A stretch of 64,000 bases of DNA from an uncultured SAR86 cluster bacterium (GTDB taxonomy: Bacteria > Pseudomonadota > Gammaproteobacteria > Magnimaribacterales > D2472). Below, piece by piece: positions 46,961 to 55,248 of the stretch. Position numbers and translations under genes: made by a program. The stretch is taken from contig CACJKN010000002.1 in assembly GCA_902594005.1 (NCBI GenBank), positions 3,639-67,638 on the forward strand. Direction: 5' to 3'. The notes under the pieces were generated by a model. The model ran no database searches, had not been told where the DNA came from, and worked only from the letters and a program-made list of their open reading frames with translations. How positions within the stretch are numbered: the stretch's first letter is position 1; every line of letters starts with the position of its first letter.

Positions 46961-47917
46961 ATGAATAATTTTATCAAATTATATCTTTTATCTAGCTTAA
47001 GTTTATCTTTTATAAATGCAGATACTACTAAATTTGGTCTAGGTTCTTGTCTTGATCAAGATTACCCTCAACCAATTTGGGAAGCAATTGAAAAAGAAGA
47101 CTTGGATTATTTTGTTTTCTTGGGAGATAACGTCTATGGGGATTTACCCAGTGGATCTCTCAGAAAAATGGTAAGTGCCTATAAAAAACAAAAGAATAAT
47201 TTTCCTAAATGGATGGAAGACGTAAAAATTTTACCTATATGGGATGATCATGATTACGGCTTAAATGATGCTGGCTCAGAATATCCTCTAAAGAGACAAT
47301 CACAAGAGATATATCTAAATTTTTGGGAAATACCATTAGACGATGATAGGCATAATAGAGATGGTATTTATTTTTCAGAAGAAAAAATAATACAGGGAAA
47401 AGTTTTTAAACTAATATTTCTTGATACAAGATTTTTTAGATCTAAGTTGAATGGTCCAAAAGGAAAATATGTTGAAAATCTAGATCCTGATGCAACAGTA
47501 CTTGGAAGCTCTCAGTGGAGCTGGCTCGAGAATGAACTCAAAGATGAGTTTGATTTCTTAATAATATTTAGCTCCATTCAAATAATTGCCAAAGATCATC
47601 CTTACGAGAAGTGGAGCAACTTCCCTCTAGAGCAACAAAGATTGTTTAGCCTAATTGATAATCACAAAGATAACGTCTTGCTTGTTTCCGGAGATAGACA
47701 TAGAGGCGGTATCTACAATATGGATGGCATTTATGAAATAACTTCTTCCTCTATGAATAAGCCTGGCAGTTCTTTTGATGAAACTGACGAATATTTAATA
47801 GATGAAACTTACTATAAAGAAAATTACGGAGTTATTGAGATTGACAACAACTCCGTTCTAGTTGAATTATTAGATATAGAGGGAGAGATTATAAACAGTG
47901 TTAAGCTGTCTTATTAA
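46961..47917 (+). CDS. phoD: PhoD-like alkaline phosphatase/phosphodiesterase (metallophosphoesterase), exported
   Basis: Signal peptide MNNFIKLYLLSSLSLSFINA. FGLGSCLDQDYPQPIW, FLGDNVYGD, WDDHDYGLND, VSGDRH. Start moved to the ATG at 46961 (the track start 46889 would overlap the divergent gene). Confidence 0.75.
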   Translation: MNNFIKLYLLSSLSLSFINADTTKFGLGSCLDQDYPQPIWEAIEKEDLDYFVFLGDNVYGDLPSGSLRKMVSAYKKQKNNFPKWMEDVKILPIWDDHDYGLNDAGSEYPLKRQSQEIYLNFWEIPLDDDRHNRDGIYFSEEKIIQGKVFKLIFLDTRFFRSKLNGPKGKYVENLDPDATVLGSSQWSWLENELKDEFDFLIIFSSIQIIAKDHPYEKWSNFPLEQQRLFSLIDNHKDNVLLVSGDRHRGGIYNMDGIYEITSSSMNKPGSSFDETDEYLIDETYYKENYGVIEIDNNSVLVELLDIEGEIINSVKLSY

Positions 47918-47999
47918 TCTATAAAATTAAGACAAACTTTGCTTATAGAACTTTCCTTCATTAACTCGTCTAATTTTTTAAAAATTTTACTCATTTTAT

Positions 48000-48060
48000 T
48001 GTGTCCTAATTGTGACATTTACATGTCAATTTGTAACATTAATGTCACATAATAGACACA
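48000..48060. repeat. 60-bp imperfect palindrome in a convergent intergenic gap
   Basis: Hand alignment of 48000-48029 against the reverse complement of 48030-48060 gives 20/30 matches, in the blocks TGTGTC...TGTGACATT / AATGTCACA...GACACA. Contains the sub-palindromes TGACAT-TTAC-ATGTCA (48013-48028) and TGTAACAT-TA-ATGTCACA (48032-48049). Confidence 0.7.
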
Positions 48061-48080
48061 TTAGCAGGAAAGTCAAGTAT

Positions 48081-48968
48081 TTAGAGGTCTTCAAGCAAGA
48101 ATGGAGCAGCGGCTTGAATCATTTTTGAGTTTTCATGGGCTGCATTTTTGACAACTTGCAACCGCCATCTAAATGGCATATTTAAAGAATCTGCAATGAG
48201 AACATTTCTTTCAAAATAACGAATACCCCTTTGAAATCTATTATTGCCCTGCTCTTTTGCACCTTTATCATTTCTTAATGAACCATCATTAGGGTCTGTA
48301 TCTTCATCACCAAGCATAATCGCTCCTTTGACAGATAAGAACCATTTGAGTCTATCTTCAGATATAGGCATGTCTTTTACACCATAAGGATAATTAATAT
48401 CTTTTAAAAAGGTATACCATCCAGCATTGGCCATAACCGCTTTTTCAGCCCTGGTATCCTGACCAAATAAAAGATATCTATGTACAAACTGCGATCCACC
48501 TGAGTGACCATAAATTCTATATGAGTTCTCCTGAATATCGAATTTAGACCTAAAATAATCAAATATTAAACTGATTGAATCACTTAGAGAGTTACTAGGA
48601 TTATTTTGAGGTTCCAGACAATAGCCCGAATACTCATATTCACAACTCCTTCCTTGAGCGAGTTTTTTATCAACAACAAGAGAGTTATAGGACGGAAAAG
48701 CTGCTTTATCAAACTTTGGTGCAATCAGAATAATATTTTTATTATTCGTATATTCATACCATTTTGTAAAATATGATTCGGCTGTCCTTGATGCGCCATG
48801 AATAACAAAAAGGACTTTAGTATCCTCATTAACCTCCTCCGGAAGCGAATAAAAGATTTCTATATCTGGTTTTGACCAAAGTGAGAACGTTAACTTATTG
48901 AAGCTGTCTGCCAAAGAAGAAAAAGAGATAAATAAGCAAACTATAGAAAAATACAATTTTATGCGCAT
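48081..48968 (-). CDS. Alpha/beta hydrolase (esterase / PHB-depolymerase-like), exported
   Basis: Signal peptide MRIKLYFSIVCLFISFSSLA (start at 48968 preferred to 49025). Nucleophile elbow GHSGGSQF. VIHGASR oxyanion region. Confidence 0.65.
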   Translation of the reverse strand: MRIKLYFSIVCLFISFSSLADSFNKLTFSLWSKPDIEIFYSLPEEVNEDTKVLFVIHGASRTAESYFTKWYEYTNNKNIILIAPKFDKAAFPSYNSLVVDKKLAQGRSCEYEYSGYCLEPQNNPSNSLSDSISLIFDYFRSKFDIQENSYRIYGHSGGSQFVHRYLLFGQDTRAEKAVMANAGWYTFLKDINYPYGVKDMPISEDRLKWFLSVKGAIMLGDEDTDPNDGSLRNDKGAKEQGNNRFQRGIRYFERNVLIADSLNMPFRWRLQVVKNAAHENSKMIQAAAPFLLEDL

Positions 48969-49006
48969 ATATGCATAATAAAGCAAATAATAATTATTTA
49001 CACACA

Positions 49007-50110
49007 ATGATCTTTGATAATTCATCCATCAAAGCGATTCATGAATCGCCCTACAAGTTTGTAATTTCATCCAGTGGTGGAGGAACTAATGCAATTTCTA
49101 CTTTAATGGGTGTGCCAGGTGCAAGCCAATCCATTTTAGAATCTTATGTGCCCTACTCGAGAGAATCTCTAGATATTCATTTAAACAAAAAACCTGATCA
49201 TTATTGTTCACAAGCAACATCGCTTCATATGGCATCATTGGCATATAAGAAAGCATTAAAGATATCCGATATTGATAAAAAATATCTATTTGGTATCGCT
49301 GTAACAGCCTCTTTGAAGAGTAATTACAATAAGCTTGGTGAGCATAGATTTCACATCGCCTTGCAAAACGAGAAACAAACTGTAGTCATCAACTGTGTTC
49401 TTGAAAAAAATATGAGATCTCGTGAAGAAGAAGAAAATTTATTATCAACATTTATATTAAATTTGATATCAAAGTCTTGTGCTTTAGAGTTTGAATATCC
49501 CCAAATATCTGATGAGATAGAAATTAGTGAAGTTCATGGAGAAAAAGATTGGATTGACCTAATTGATGACAAAGTCGGCTTTATCTCCAATACAGCAAAC
49601 AAACCTGAATTAATATTTCCTGGATCATTTAACCCTCTTCATAAAGGTCATCTTAAGATGAAAGAGGTCGCGGAAAGGAAAACTGGAATGGATCTATATT
49701 ATGAAATCTGTATTGATAATGTCGATAAGCCGCCATTAACTTTCTTTGAAATCTCAAACACAATCAATCAATTTGAAAATGATTCCTGGGTTTTAACAAA
49801 GGCTGGGAGATTTATTGATAAAGCCAAATTATTTGAAAATGCTACTTTTGTTATCGGTTATGACACCCTAAGAAGATTATTTAATGAAAAGTATTATGAA
49901 AATTCAAAAATCATGAAGGAAAATCTAATGATCTTTGATGACTTCAATATAAACTTCCTAGTATTTGGGAGAAAAGATTTTGATAAATTTAGATCTCTTG
50001 AAGATGTTGATATACCAGCGGAATTAAAACCCAGATTTACAGGTTTTGATGAAGATACATTCAGAGATGACATATCGTCATCAGAAATAAGGAAAAAGGA
50101 ATTAGATTAA
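49007..50110 (+). CDS. Fusion protein: PncC/CinA-C-like (NMN deamidase-like) N-domain + NadD-like nucleotidyltransferase C-domain
   Basis: N-domain: FVISSSGGGTNAISTLMGVPGASQSILESYVPYSRESL parallels PncC TAESCTGG...GSS..F..G.V.YSN..K. C-domain: FPGSFNPLHKGHLKM (the (T/H)xGH motif) and terminal ISSSEIRKK (the ISST.IR motif of NadD/NMNAT). Start at 49007 (MIFDNSS) or 48971. Confidence 0.6.
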   Translation: MIFDNSSIKAIHESPYKFVISSSGGGTNAISTLMGVPGASQSILESYVPYSRESLDIHLNKKPDHYCSQATSLHMASLAYKKALKISDIDKKYLFGIAVTASLKSNYNKLGEHRFHIALQNEKQTVVINCVLEKNMRSREEEENLLSTFILNLISKSCALEFEYPQISDEIEISEVHGEKDWIDLIDDKVGFISNTANKPELIFPGSFNPLHKGHLKMKEVAERKTGMDLYYEICIDNVDKPPLTFFEISNTINQFENDSWVLTKAGRFIDKAKLFENATFVIGYDTLRRLFNEKYYENSKIMKENLMIFDDFNINFLVFGRKDFDKFRSLEDVDIPAELKPRFTGFDEDTFRDDISSSEIRKKELD

Positions 50111-50301
50111 CTGTGAGGCGGTAATTTAGCTTCAACAAACCATTCGTGAACTCTCTTCACAGGATTAAACTTCTTAAGTCTGAGTTTAGTATTTTCTAAA
50201 ATAAATTTTCTAGTTTTAATTACAGTGTAGTGATAGGTGTGAGAATCACGCGTTTCACCTTCAGGAATTAAATATACTTTTGTTTGTTTTTTATCTGCCA
50301 T
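50107..50301 (-). CDS. rpmG: Divergent ribosomal protein L33 homolog (no Cys, stand-alone)
   Basis: MADKKQTKVYLIPEGETRDSHTYHYTVIKTRKFILENTKLRLKKFNPVKRVHEWFVEAKL aligns with E. coli L33 (...[48 protein letters not shown]) with a ~7-aa insertion. Start at the Met at 50301. Confidence 0.55.
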   Translation of the reverse strand: MADKKQTKVYLIPEGETRDSHTYHYTVIKTRKFILENTKLRLKKFNPVKRVHEWFVEAKLPPHS

Positions 50302-50343
50302 AACGTGCTGAATTATACACAAGAACTAGGAATTTTAAACAGA

Positions 50344-51249
50344 TTAAATGCTATTAATATAATTAAGACTGCCAAAAAGACAGGTATAACCCCTATTCGC
50401 TACTTTGACACCGACCTTATTAAGAATTTCCTTATGAATATCACTTTTTCCTTCTAAAAAATGCTTATTAAATAAATCTTTATTTGCTATCGTCAAAAAA
50501 GACCTAGAAAGAGACCCTGCAAGAATAATTCCACCTCCGTTTGAGAATGCCAGCGATAAGTCTGAGAGAGTTCTTGCAAAAGCTATGGTAAACATATTAA
50601 TTACCTCTATGGCATCATCGTCACCATTGAGAGAAAGAGAAAAGATCTCTTCTGACTTAACCTTATCTCCAGTCTTTATTTCAAACATTCTAGAAATTCC
50701 AGTACCTGAAATAACATCCTCTAAAACATTAAATTCATCACTGTTTATCTTTAGAAGAGATTTCAAAGCAGATAAGCCTAAGTTGGTGTTTCCTATCTCT
50801 GTTGCGATCACATTATTACCAGAAATCACTGATGCACCCAGACCAGTACCAGGCCCAATTACTAGAAAGGTATCATTAAAGGGCTCACCCTCTTTAAAAG
50901 TATCAAAATCATTTTCAGCGAATGTTCTGATACTATATCCAATTGACTCCCAGTCATTTAGCAAATAACAGGATTCTAGGTTAAATCTTTTTCTAATTTC
51001 ATCAGCATCTATTTCAAAATTCCTATTGGTCATCTTGATTGAATTGTTTACCTTAGGCCCTGCAACAGAAAAAACAATATTTTTAACATCTGCCTCAGCT
51101 AACAGCTCTGACATCAAATTATCAAAATCATTTAAGCTATCAAGTTCAGCTTTGTTTTCTGAAACAAAATCAGAATCTCCAATATTTGAATATGCGTATC
51201 TAATATTTGTTCCGCCAATATCAACAAGAAGAAGATTCTTATCTAGCAC
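50344..51249 (-). CDS. glk: Glucokinase
   Basis: LLLVDIGGTNIRYAY phosphate-1 motif, GPGTGLG, ILAGS. 301 aa. Confidence 0.8.
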   Translation of the reverse strand: MLDKNLLLVDIGGTNIRYAYSNIGDSDFVSENKAELDSLNDFDNLMSELLAEADVKNIVFSVAGPKVNNSIKMTNRNFEIDADEIRKRFNLESCYLLNDWESIGYSIRTFAENDFDTFKEGEPFNDTFLVIGPGTGLGASVISGNNVIATEIGNTNLGLSALKSLLKINSDEFNVLEDVISGTGISRMFEIKTGDKVKSEEIFSLSLNGDDDAIEVINMFTIAFARTLSDLSLAFSNGGGIILAGSLSRSFLTIANKDLFNKHFLEGKSDIHKEILNKVGVKVANRGYTCLFGSLNYINSI

Positions 51250-53681
51250 TGAATAACTCTCTTGGAACTTCTATCTTTATTTATGACAATCTTATTGATA
51301 TCTATGTCCCATTTTCCAGAAGTCATTAACATCGCAGGAATATATACTTTAGATAAATCTAGACCGCTTTTCTCTAGACATTTATAACTAATATCAACCT
51401 CGATCCAAGAATTATTATTTTGATCACTCAAGAAATCCATTAAATTAATTGCTCCACTGCAATTTACACCACAAGTTGCAACAAAAAATAATAGGTCATC
51501 AGATCTGGAGTTTACTCTAAACTTAATACTCACATATGGGTTGCTTAGCTCACTCATGACAAGGTTCTCATTCAATGATATGCCCCAGGCATTCATTAGC
51601 TCAGAATCATTAAAAACAATGTTTCTAGAGTCATACTGCTGATTAAGATCAAATCTTTTCAAAGAAATATTTTTTTCAGGGCTGGTGTATAAATTAGCAT
51701 TCACAATCGATGGAGATTTATTATTTTCAATTACAAACTCATTAGCGTTCAAAGGGGAGCCTTCAAAAATTATCTTACTTTCAATCTTTTCTATTATTTC
51801 TTCTTCTTCAAGAAAAGGGATATTAATACTATCGGAATAAGATAATCCATACCCAAAGGCAAATAAATGATCGGATAGAGGATCATTAGAATTTAGAACA
51901 GTCTGCGTAGATTTTTTAGGCCAAGTAAATGAAAGTTTTCCTGTGAAATCTTTATTTATATTTCCATCTTTTTTCAAGACAACATCAGCTATTCCTTCAA
52001 CGGCCTGACCAGGCAACCATGCAGCAATAAAAGCGGAGGAAAGATTTATTTGTTTGTTAACCGCCAGAGGCCTTCCGCTTAAAAATATTGAAGTAATGGG
52101 AATAGATTCGTTGCTAAGCTTTCTCATTGCATTTAAATAATTTAAGTCGGAGGATTTAAATGATAAATTCTTCACATCACCAAAGAACTCTGCATAGGGA
52201 TTTTCTCCATAAACTGAAATTACATAGTCAGGTTTTTGTTTGTAAGTGCCATTTTGTGAAAACTCTATTGAGCCTCCATTCTCAATGACTTGTTCAGCTA
52301 AAGCTTCGTATATGGATAGTGTATTTGGGAAATCTGACCTATTTAATTCAGTGCCCTGCCATGTGATTGTCCAGCCACCCATTTGATTCATTATTTCAAC
52401 AGCAGCATTACCAATTACTAAAAAATGTTTTGTTGAATCAAGAGGAAGTAAATTATCATTATTCTTAAGCAGAACTAGTGACTTTGATACCGCTTCTCTT
52501 GCAAGCTCTCTATGCTCAATTTTACCAACATAATTTTCATACTCATGTGGCTTTCGCCCATCAAGCATTCCAAGCCTATCCTTTACAGTGAGGATTTTTC
52601 TAACAGCATCATCCAATCTATCCTCTGAAATATCTCCAGATTTAACTGCCCTGACTGTGTTTGTATAAAGCTCTTTCCATTCATCAGGAGCCATATAAAT
52701 ATCCACACCAGCATTAAAACTTTCAGGACAATTTGCATTTGTACAACCTGGAACCTCTCCATGACCATTCCAATCTCCGACAACCAACCCATTGAAGCCC
52801 ATTTGATCTCTCAAAACGTCAGTTAAGAGATATTCGTGACCATGCATTTTCACTCCATTCCATGAGTTAAAACTTGCCATAACAGATTGAACACAAGCTT
52901 CAAAAGCTGAATAGTATGGCGTTCCATGTATGTTCTTCAAACCACCTTCAGAAATCCTGGTATCACCCTTATCAATACCCTTAAAAGTGCCGCCATCACC
53001 AATGAAGTGCTTCGCAGTTGCCATAATATGATTTGAATCAAGAAATTCATCACCGGTTCCTTGAACTCCCTCGATAAAAGCTTTTCCTATTCTTGATACA
53101 AGATCTTGATTCTCTGAAAAACCTTCATAAGTCCTTCCCCAAGTATCATTCTGAGGAACTGTGATTGTAGGAGCAAAAGTCCAAACAATCCCTGTTGAGA
53201 GGACTTCCTTAGCTACAACCTCTGCAATTCTTTTAATCAGGTCAGTATCTTGAGTCGCACCAATACCTATGTTGTGTGGGAATACAGTTGCTCCAATGAC
53301 ATTACTATGACCATGCACTGCATCTGTCCCCCATATAATTGGAACAATTTGATCTCCAATAATTGGTGAAGCATCATAATAAGCTTTGCTTAGATTTTGC
53401 CAATCTTGGACTGTGCTAGTTTTTTTATTATTTGGCCAACTTCCGCCTCCGTTGAGAATTGAACCTAACTGGTACTTTTTTGCTTCTCCAGGTGTGACAT
53501 ATTGGATATCAGGCATAATTATTTGCCCTATCTTTTGCCTTAATGTCATTTGATTAATGATTTCATCAAGGTTCTTTGAGTCCTCAATATTGCAAGTTGA
53601 TGGACTTGACCAATCTATAGATGCACTAGTATTTATAGAAATACCTAATAATAAGGCAATTAAGAAATATCTTTTTACCAC
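51243..53681 (-). CDS. Glycoside hydrolase family 3 beta-glucosidase/exo-beta-glucanase with extra C-terminal domain, exported
   Basis: Signal peptide. GH3 blocks SILNGGGSWP, WGTDAVHGH and KHFIGDGG, nucleophile region GFNGLVVGDWNGH. About 170-aa additional C-terminal domain (812 aa total). Confidence 0.85.
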   Translation of the reverse strand: MVKRYFLIALLLGISINTSASIDWSSPSTCNIEDSKNLDEIINQMTLRQKIGQIIMPDIQYVTPGEAKKYQLGSILNGGGSWPNNKKTSTVQDWQNLSKAYYDASPIIGDQIVPIIWGTDAVHGHSNVIGATVFPHNIGIGATQDTDLIKRIAEVVAKEVLSTGIVWTFAPTITVPQNDTWGRTYEGFSENQDLVSRIGKAFIEGVQGTGDEFLDSNHIMATAKHFIGDGGTFKGIDKGDTRISEGGLKNIHGTPYYSAFEACVQSVMASFNSWNGVKMHGHEYLLTDVLRDQMGFNGLVVGDWNGHGEVPGCTNANCPESFNAGVDIYMAPDEWKELYTNTVRAVKSGDISEDRLDDAVRKILTVKDRLGMLDGRKPHEYENYVGKIEHRELAREAVSKSLVLLKNNDNLLPLDSTKHFLVIGNAAVEIMNQMGGWTITWQGTELNRSDFPNTLSIYEALAEQVIENGGSIEFSQNGTYKQKPDYVISVYGENPYAEFFGDVKNLSFKSSDLNYLNAMRKLSNESIPITSIFLSGRPLAVNKQINLSSAFIAAWLPGQAVEGIADVVLKKDGNINKDFTGKLSFTWPKKSTQTVLNSNDPLSDHLFAFGYGLSYSDSINIPFLEEEEIIEKIESKIIFEGSPLNANEFVIENNKSPSIVNANLYTSPEKNISLKRFDLNQQYDSRNIVFNDSELMNAWGISLNENLVMSELSNPYVSIKFRVNSRSDDLLFFVATCGVNCSGAINLMDFLSDQNNNSWIEVDISYKCLEKSGLDLSKVYIPAMLMTSGKWDIDINKIVINKDRSSKRVIQC

Positions 53682-55237
53682 AGGCTGATATAGATTATTG
53701 ATAGTATCACTACAACTACAACAGTATTTACATTAAAAGCTTTAGATGTTGCAAAACTCATATCATTTAAATTAATAGCCTTAGGACTATCTGTATAGCC
53801 TTGAATCAGAGATGTTAAATAGCAAACAAAGAATGATGAAAAGAACACCACAGCCATTCTGTGAATAAATGGGTATTCAGGGAAAAAGTAAAATATAAAT
53901 ATTGATAAAGCTAGAGAAGTTAATGCAGCATTAAGTACTGATAATGTTGTAGCTTTTGGCCAAAATAGAGCTACTAAAAATATCACTAAAATCCCTGGAG
54001 TAAAAAATCCTGTAAAGTTTTGAATATATTGAAATGCTGACTCAAGACTTCCCAAGAGAGGTGTAGCAGAAAATACTGCTATTACTAAAGCAACAACCGA
54101 AGTTGATCTTCCAATGTTAACTAATCTTGCATTAGATGGATTATTTGTTGCATAAGCTCTATATACATCCATAGTAAATATTGTGCTTATGCTGTTAGTC
54201 ATAGATGCTAAAGACGAAACAATGGCTGCAATTAATGCAGCAAAAGTTAATCCGAGCAATCCATTGGGTAGTAAAGACATCATCATAGGATATGCTTTGT
54301 CACTTGTTTCAAGTAATGGGAATAGAACAGCTGCGCAAATTCCAGGAAGCACAATAACAAGCGGCATTATAATTTTTAAATAGGCTGCAAACATCACTCC
54401 CTTTTGTGCCTCTGGTAGAGACTTAGCACCAAGCGCTCTTTGTGTTATGTATTGATTAAAGCCCCAATATGCGAAGTGAGCTATCCAAAGACCGCCAATT
54501 AAGACCCAAACACCTGGAAGGTCTTTGTAGGATGGATTATCTGGAGATAAAATAATGTCCCATTTTTCAGGTAATGACCTATACACTTCAACGAAACCAT
54601 CAGTAACAACACCATTTCCAATCTTTGATAAAGCAATGAATGAGACGGCTAATCCACCAAATATTAATAGTACAACTTGAATGATATCTGTAAGTGCAAC
54701 AGCCTTTAATCCTCCGTATAACGAATATGCTAAAGATAATATTGCAAGTAAAACCAAGCCATAGAAGGTCTCAAGTCCTGTTAGTGTATTTATAGCAAGT
54801 GAACCAAGCCATAAGACTGAAGTAAGATTGATAAATACATACACTGCAAGCCAGAAAAAGGATAATACCAAGCTAACTCTTTTATCGAAGCGCTGCTCTA
54901 AGAATTGCGGCATTGTATAAATTTGTTTTTTTAGAAAGAGAGGCAAGAAATACTTTGCCATTACAATTAGAGCAATTGCAGCTGTAAGCTCATATGTCGC
55001 AATAGCTATACCCACCACAAAACCCTGACCTGACATACCGATAATTTGTTCTGCAGAAATATTTGCAGCTATCAAAGAGGCTCCTATTGCCCACCAAGGG
55101 AGCGACCTACCAGCTAAAAAATAATCCTCAGGACTTCTTTCAGATCCTGATTGTTGCCTAGAAACATATGTAGCAATAGCGATTATACCAACGCAATAAA
55201 TTGCAATGATTGAAAAATCTAATGAATTAAAAAACAT
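53675..55237 (-). CDS. Sodium:solute symporter (SSS family, SGLT-like sugar transporter)
   Basis: 520 aa, about 13-14 TM. YFLAGRSLPWWAIGASLIAANISAEQIIGMSG and GGLKAVALTDIIQ are SSS signatures. Confidence 0.8.
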   Translation of the reverse strand: MFFNSLDFSIIAIYCVGIIAIATYVSRQQSGSERSPEDYFLAGRSLPWWAIGASLIAANISAEQIIGMSGQGFVVGIAIATYELTAAIALIVMAKYFLPLFLKKQIYTMPQFLEQRFDKRVSLVLSFFWLAVYVFINLTSVLWLGSLAINTLTGLETFYGLVLLAILSLAYSLYGGLKAVALTDIIQVVLLIFGGLAVSFIALSKIGNGVVTDGFVEVYRSLPEKWDIILSPDNPSYKDLPGVWVLIGGLWIAHFAYWGFNQYITQRALGAKSLPEAQKGVMFAAYLKIIMPLVIVLPGICAAVLFPLLETSDKAYPMMMSLLPNGLLGLTFAALIAAIVSSLASMTNSISTIFTMDVYRAYATNNPSNARLVNIGRSTSVVALVIAVFSATPLLGSLESAFQYIQNFTGFFTPGILVIFLVALFWPKATTLSVLNAALTSLALSIFIFYFFPEYPFIHRMAVVFFSSFFVCYLTSLIQGYTDSPKAINLNDMSFATSKAFNVNTVVVVVILSIIYISLW

Positions 55238-55248
55238 GCTATCCCCTT

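Noticed and set aside
48029-48060. Possible chromosome dimer resolution site (dif) or DnaA-box cluster in the palindromic intergenic region
   Set aside because: ATTTGTAACATTAATGTCACATAA resembles the dif XerD arm (ATTTAACATAA) only if 2 nt are deleted, and the opposite arm does not match GGTGCGCATAA. No TTATNCACA DnaA boxes are present. CRP-type TGTGA-N6-TCACA spacing is also not met (the half-sites are 29 nt or 8 nt apart).
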